From assembly GCF_018350175.1 (NCBI RefSeq), contig NC_058369.1, positions 23,560,001 to 23,624,000 of the forward strand: a DNA stretch of 64,000 nt, in the 5' to 3' direction. This stretch comes from Felis catus. Taxonomy: Eukaryota. The notes under the pieces were generated by a model. It had not been told where the DNA came from and ran no database searches. It saw nothing but the letters and a program-made list of their open reading frames with translations. The stretch's first letter is position 1; each line of letters begins with the position of its first letter. This document shows, piece after piece, positions 62,924 to 64,000 of this stretch. Both the position numbers and the translations under genes were made by a program.

Positions 62924-63510
62924 CACACAGGTCCTCTTACCACCCCTCCTCTGTTCTTTGCCTTCTCCCGTAGGTTTGTACTGCTTTGATCCCTACCCCT
63001 CCGGATCCAATTGACTGGCTCAGAACCACCCAGATGAAATCTCATGCCATGTTTAGATTTTTTCCCTGGGAGAGTGGTTGAATGCCAGGTCAGCAATCCC
63101 TCTGGCAAGAATGCACATCTTCATAATGAGGTCCACCTGCTAGGCACAACCTATGCTTCTTGGTGGATAGGGAAGGGAAGTCTCCCCTCAAGGAACAGGG
63201 ATACCTAATGGAATTTTTCTTGTCATCCCTCTAAAGGTCCACTCTTTAGCCCCCTCCACCACTGAGTTGCTCTCTTGGGTCACAGAACAGGCTGTTTCTA
63301 AGAGTCGATTCTACATGGTGGGGACATTCAGGTGATATCACCAGTCCTGGATGGAGGAGGGACTAGCCCTGGCAGGCCCCTACACAAGGTCCCCTAATCA
63401 GATCATTGGCTGGCCCCTCTATGGGAAATTCTTTTGCACAGAACATTTTCTCCTCCCCTGATTCCCTCTGATAGGAGCTCAAAAGGAGAAATGCCAGGCC
63501 ATAGAATTTA

Positions 63511-63706
63511 NNNNNNNNNNNNNNNNNNNNNNNNNNNNNNNNNNNNNNNNNNNNNNNNNNNNNNNNNNNNNNNNNNNNNNNNNNNNNNNNNNNNNNNNNN
63601 NNNNNNNNNNNNNNNNNNNNNNNNNNNNNNNNNNNNNNNNNNNNNNNNNNNNNNNNNNNNNNNNNNNNNNNNNNNNNNNNNNNNNNNNNNNNNNNNNNNN
63701 NNNNNN
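63511..63706. other. N-run (196 nt), gap or mask
   Basis: Run of N. Confidence 1.
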
Positions 63707-64000
63707 TTCTTCCAAAGAATATGAAAACTCTAAATAAAGTTCTGAGTTTCCCAGACATGGATCCCAGGCTCAAGATTTTGTACAAAAGGCTCAGAGCGTG
63801 GCAAGAGAAGGGTGGGGAGGCAGAGAAGGAATCTGTGGGAGGCCCAGGCCTGGAGTCTACAAATCAGGCTTGCCTGGGTCCTAGAGTTTGAGGCATGAAG
63901 CTTGCCAAAGGTTTCTGGCCTGAAAACCATGATAGGGTCCTCTCAGGATACAGCCAAGCACTGGTAGCTCACGTTGGCTCAGTGGGGCTCACAGGAGGGT

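Noticed and set aside
1-64000. All ORFs in the supplied track as protein-coding genes
   Set aside because: They are short and mostly start at non-ATG codons; the recognisable ones are SINE translations (SAQVMISQF.., AQSLEPASDS), L1 ORF2 relics, microsatellite peptides or N-spanning artefacts
1-64000. CRISPR array, operon or prokaryotic defence system
   Set aside because: The sequence is mammalian; there is no regular repeat-spacer array or dense coding

Overview
This is not prokaryotic DNA. It is mammalian genomic sequence from a cat-family (Felidae) carnivore, shown by 13 tRNA-derived Can-SINEs, including a young SINEC_Fc-type copy at 2553-2779. I see no recognisable protein-coding gene, RNA gene, CRISPR array or operon. 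The supplied ORFs are chance ORFs or translations of SINE, L1 or microsatellite sequence. The window looks like a gene desert or the inside of a very long intron. It is dense in ancient eutherian repeats (MIR, L2, L1M, MaLR/ERVL LTRs, and hAT elements MER5A/MER58A/MER63), separated by repeat-free, homeodomain-motif-rich blocks that resemble conserved non-coding elements. The most notable element is a ~410 bp block at 43700-44112 that I recognise from memory as a MER121-type ancient conserved repeat. Other oddities are a 139 bp dispersed duplicate at ~91% identity, an exact 21 bp direct repeat bracketing ~745 bp, a perfect 57 bp tandem duplication and a 27 bp palindrome. Five N-runs of 155-196 nt hide sequence I cannot assess. 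I found no evidence of a new biological system. Repeat family names come from recalled consensus sequences and need RepeatMasker/Dfam confirmation; boundaries of old repeats are approximate.
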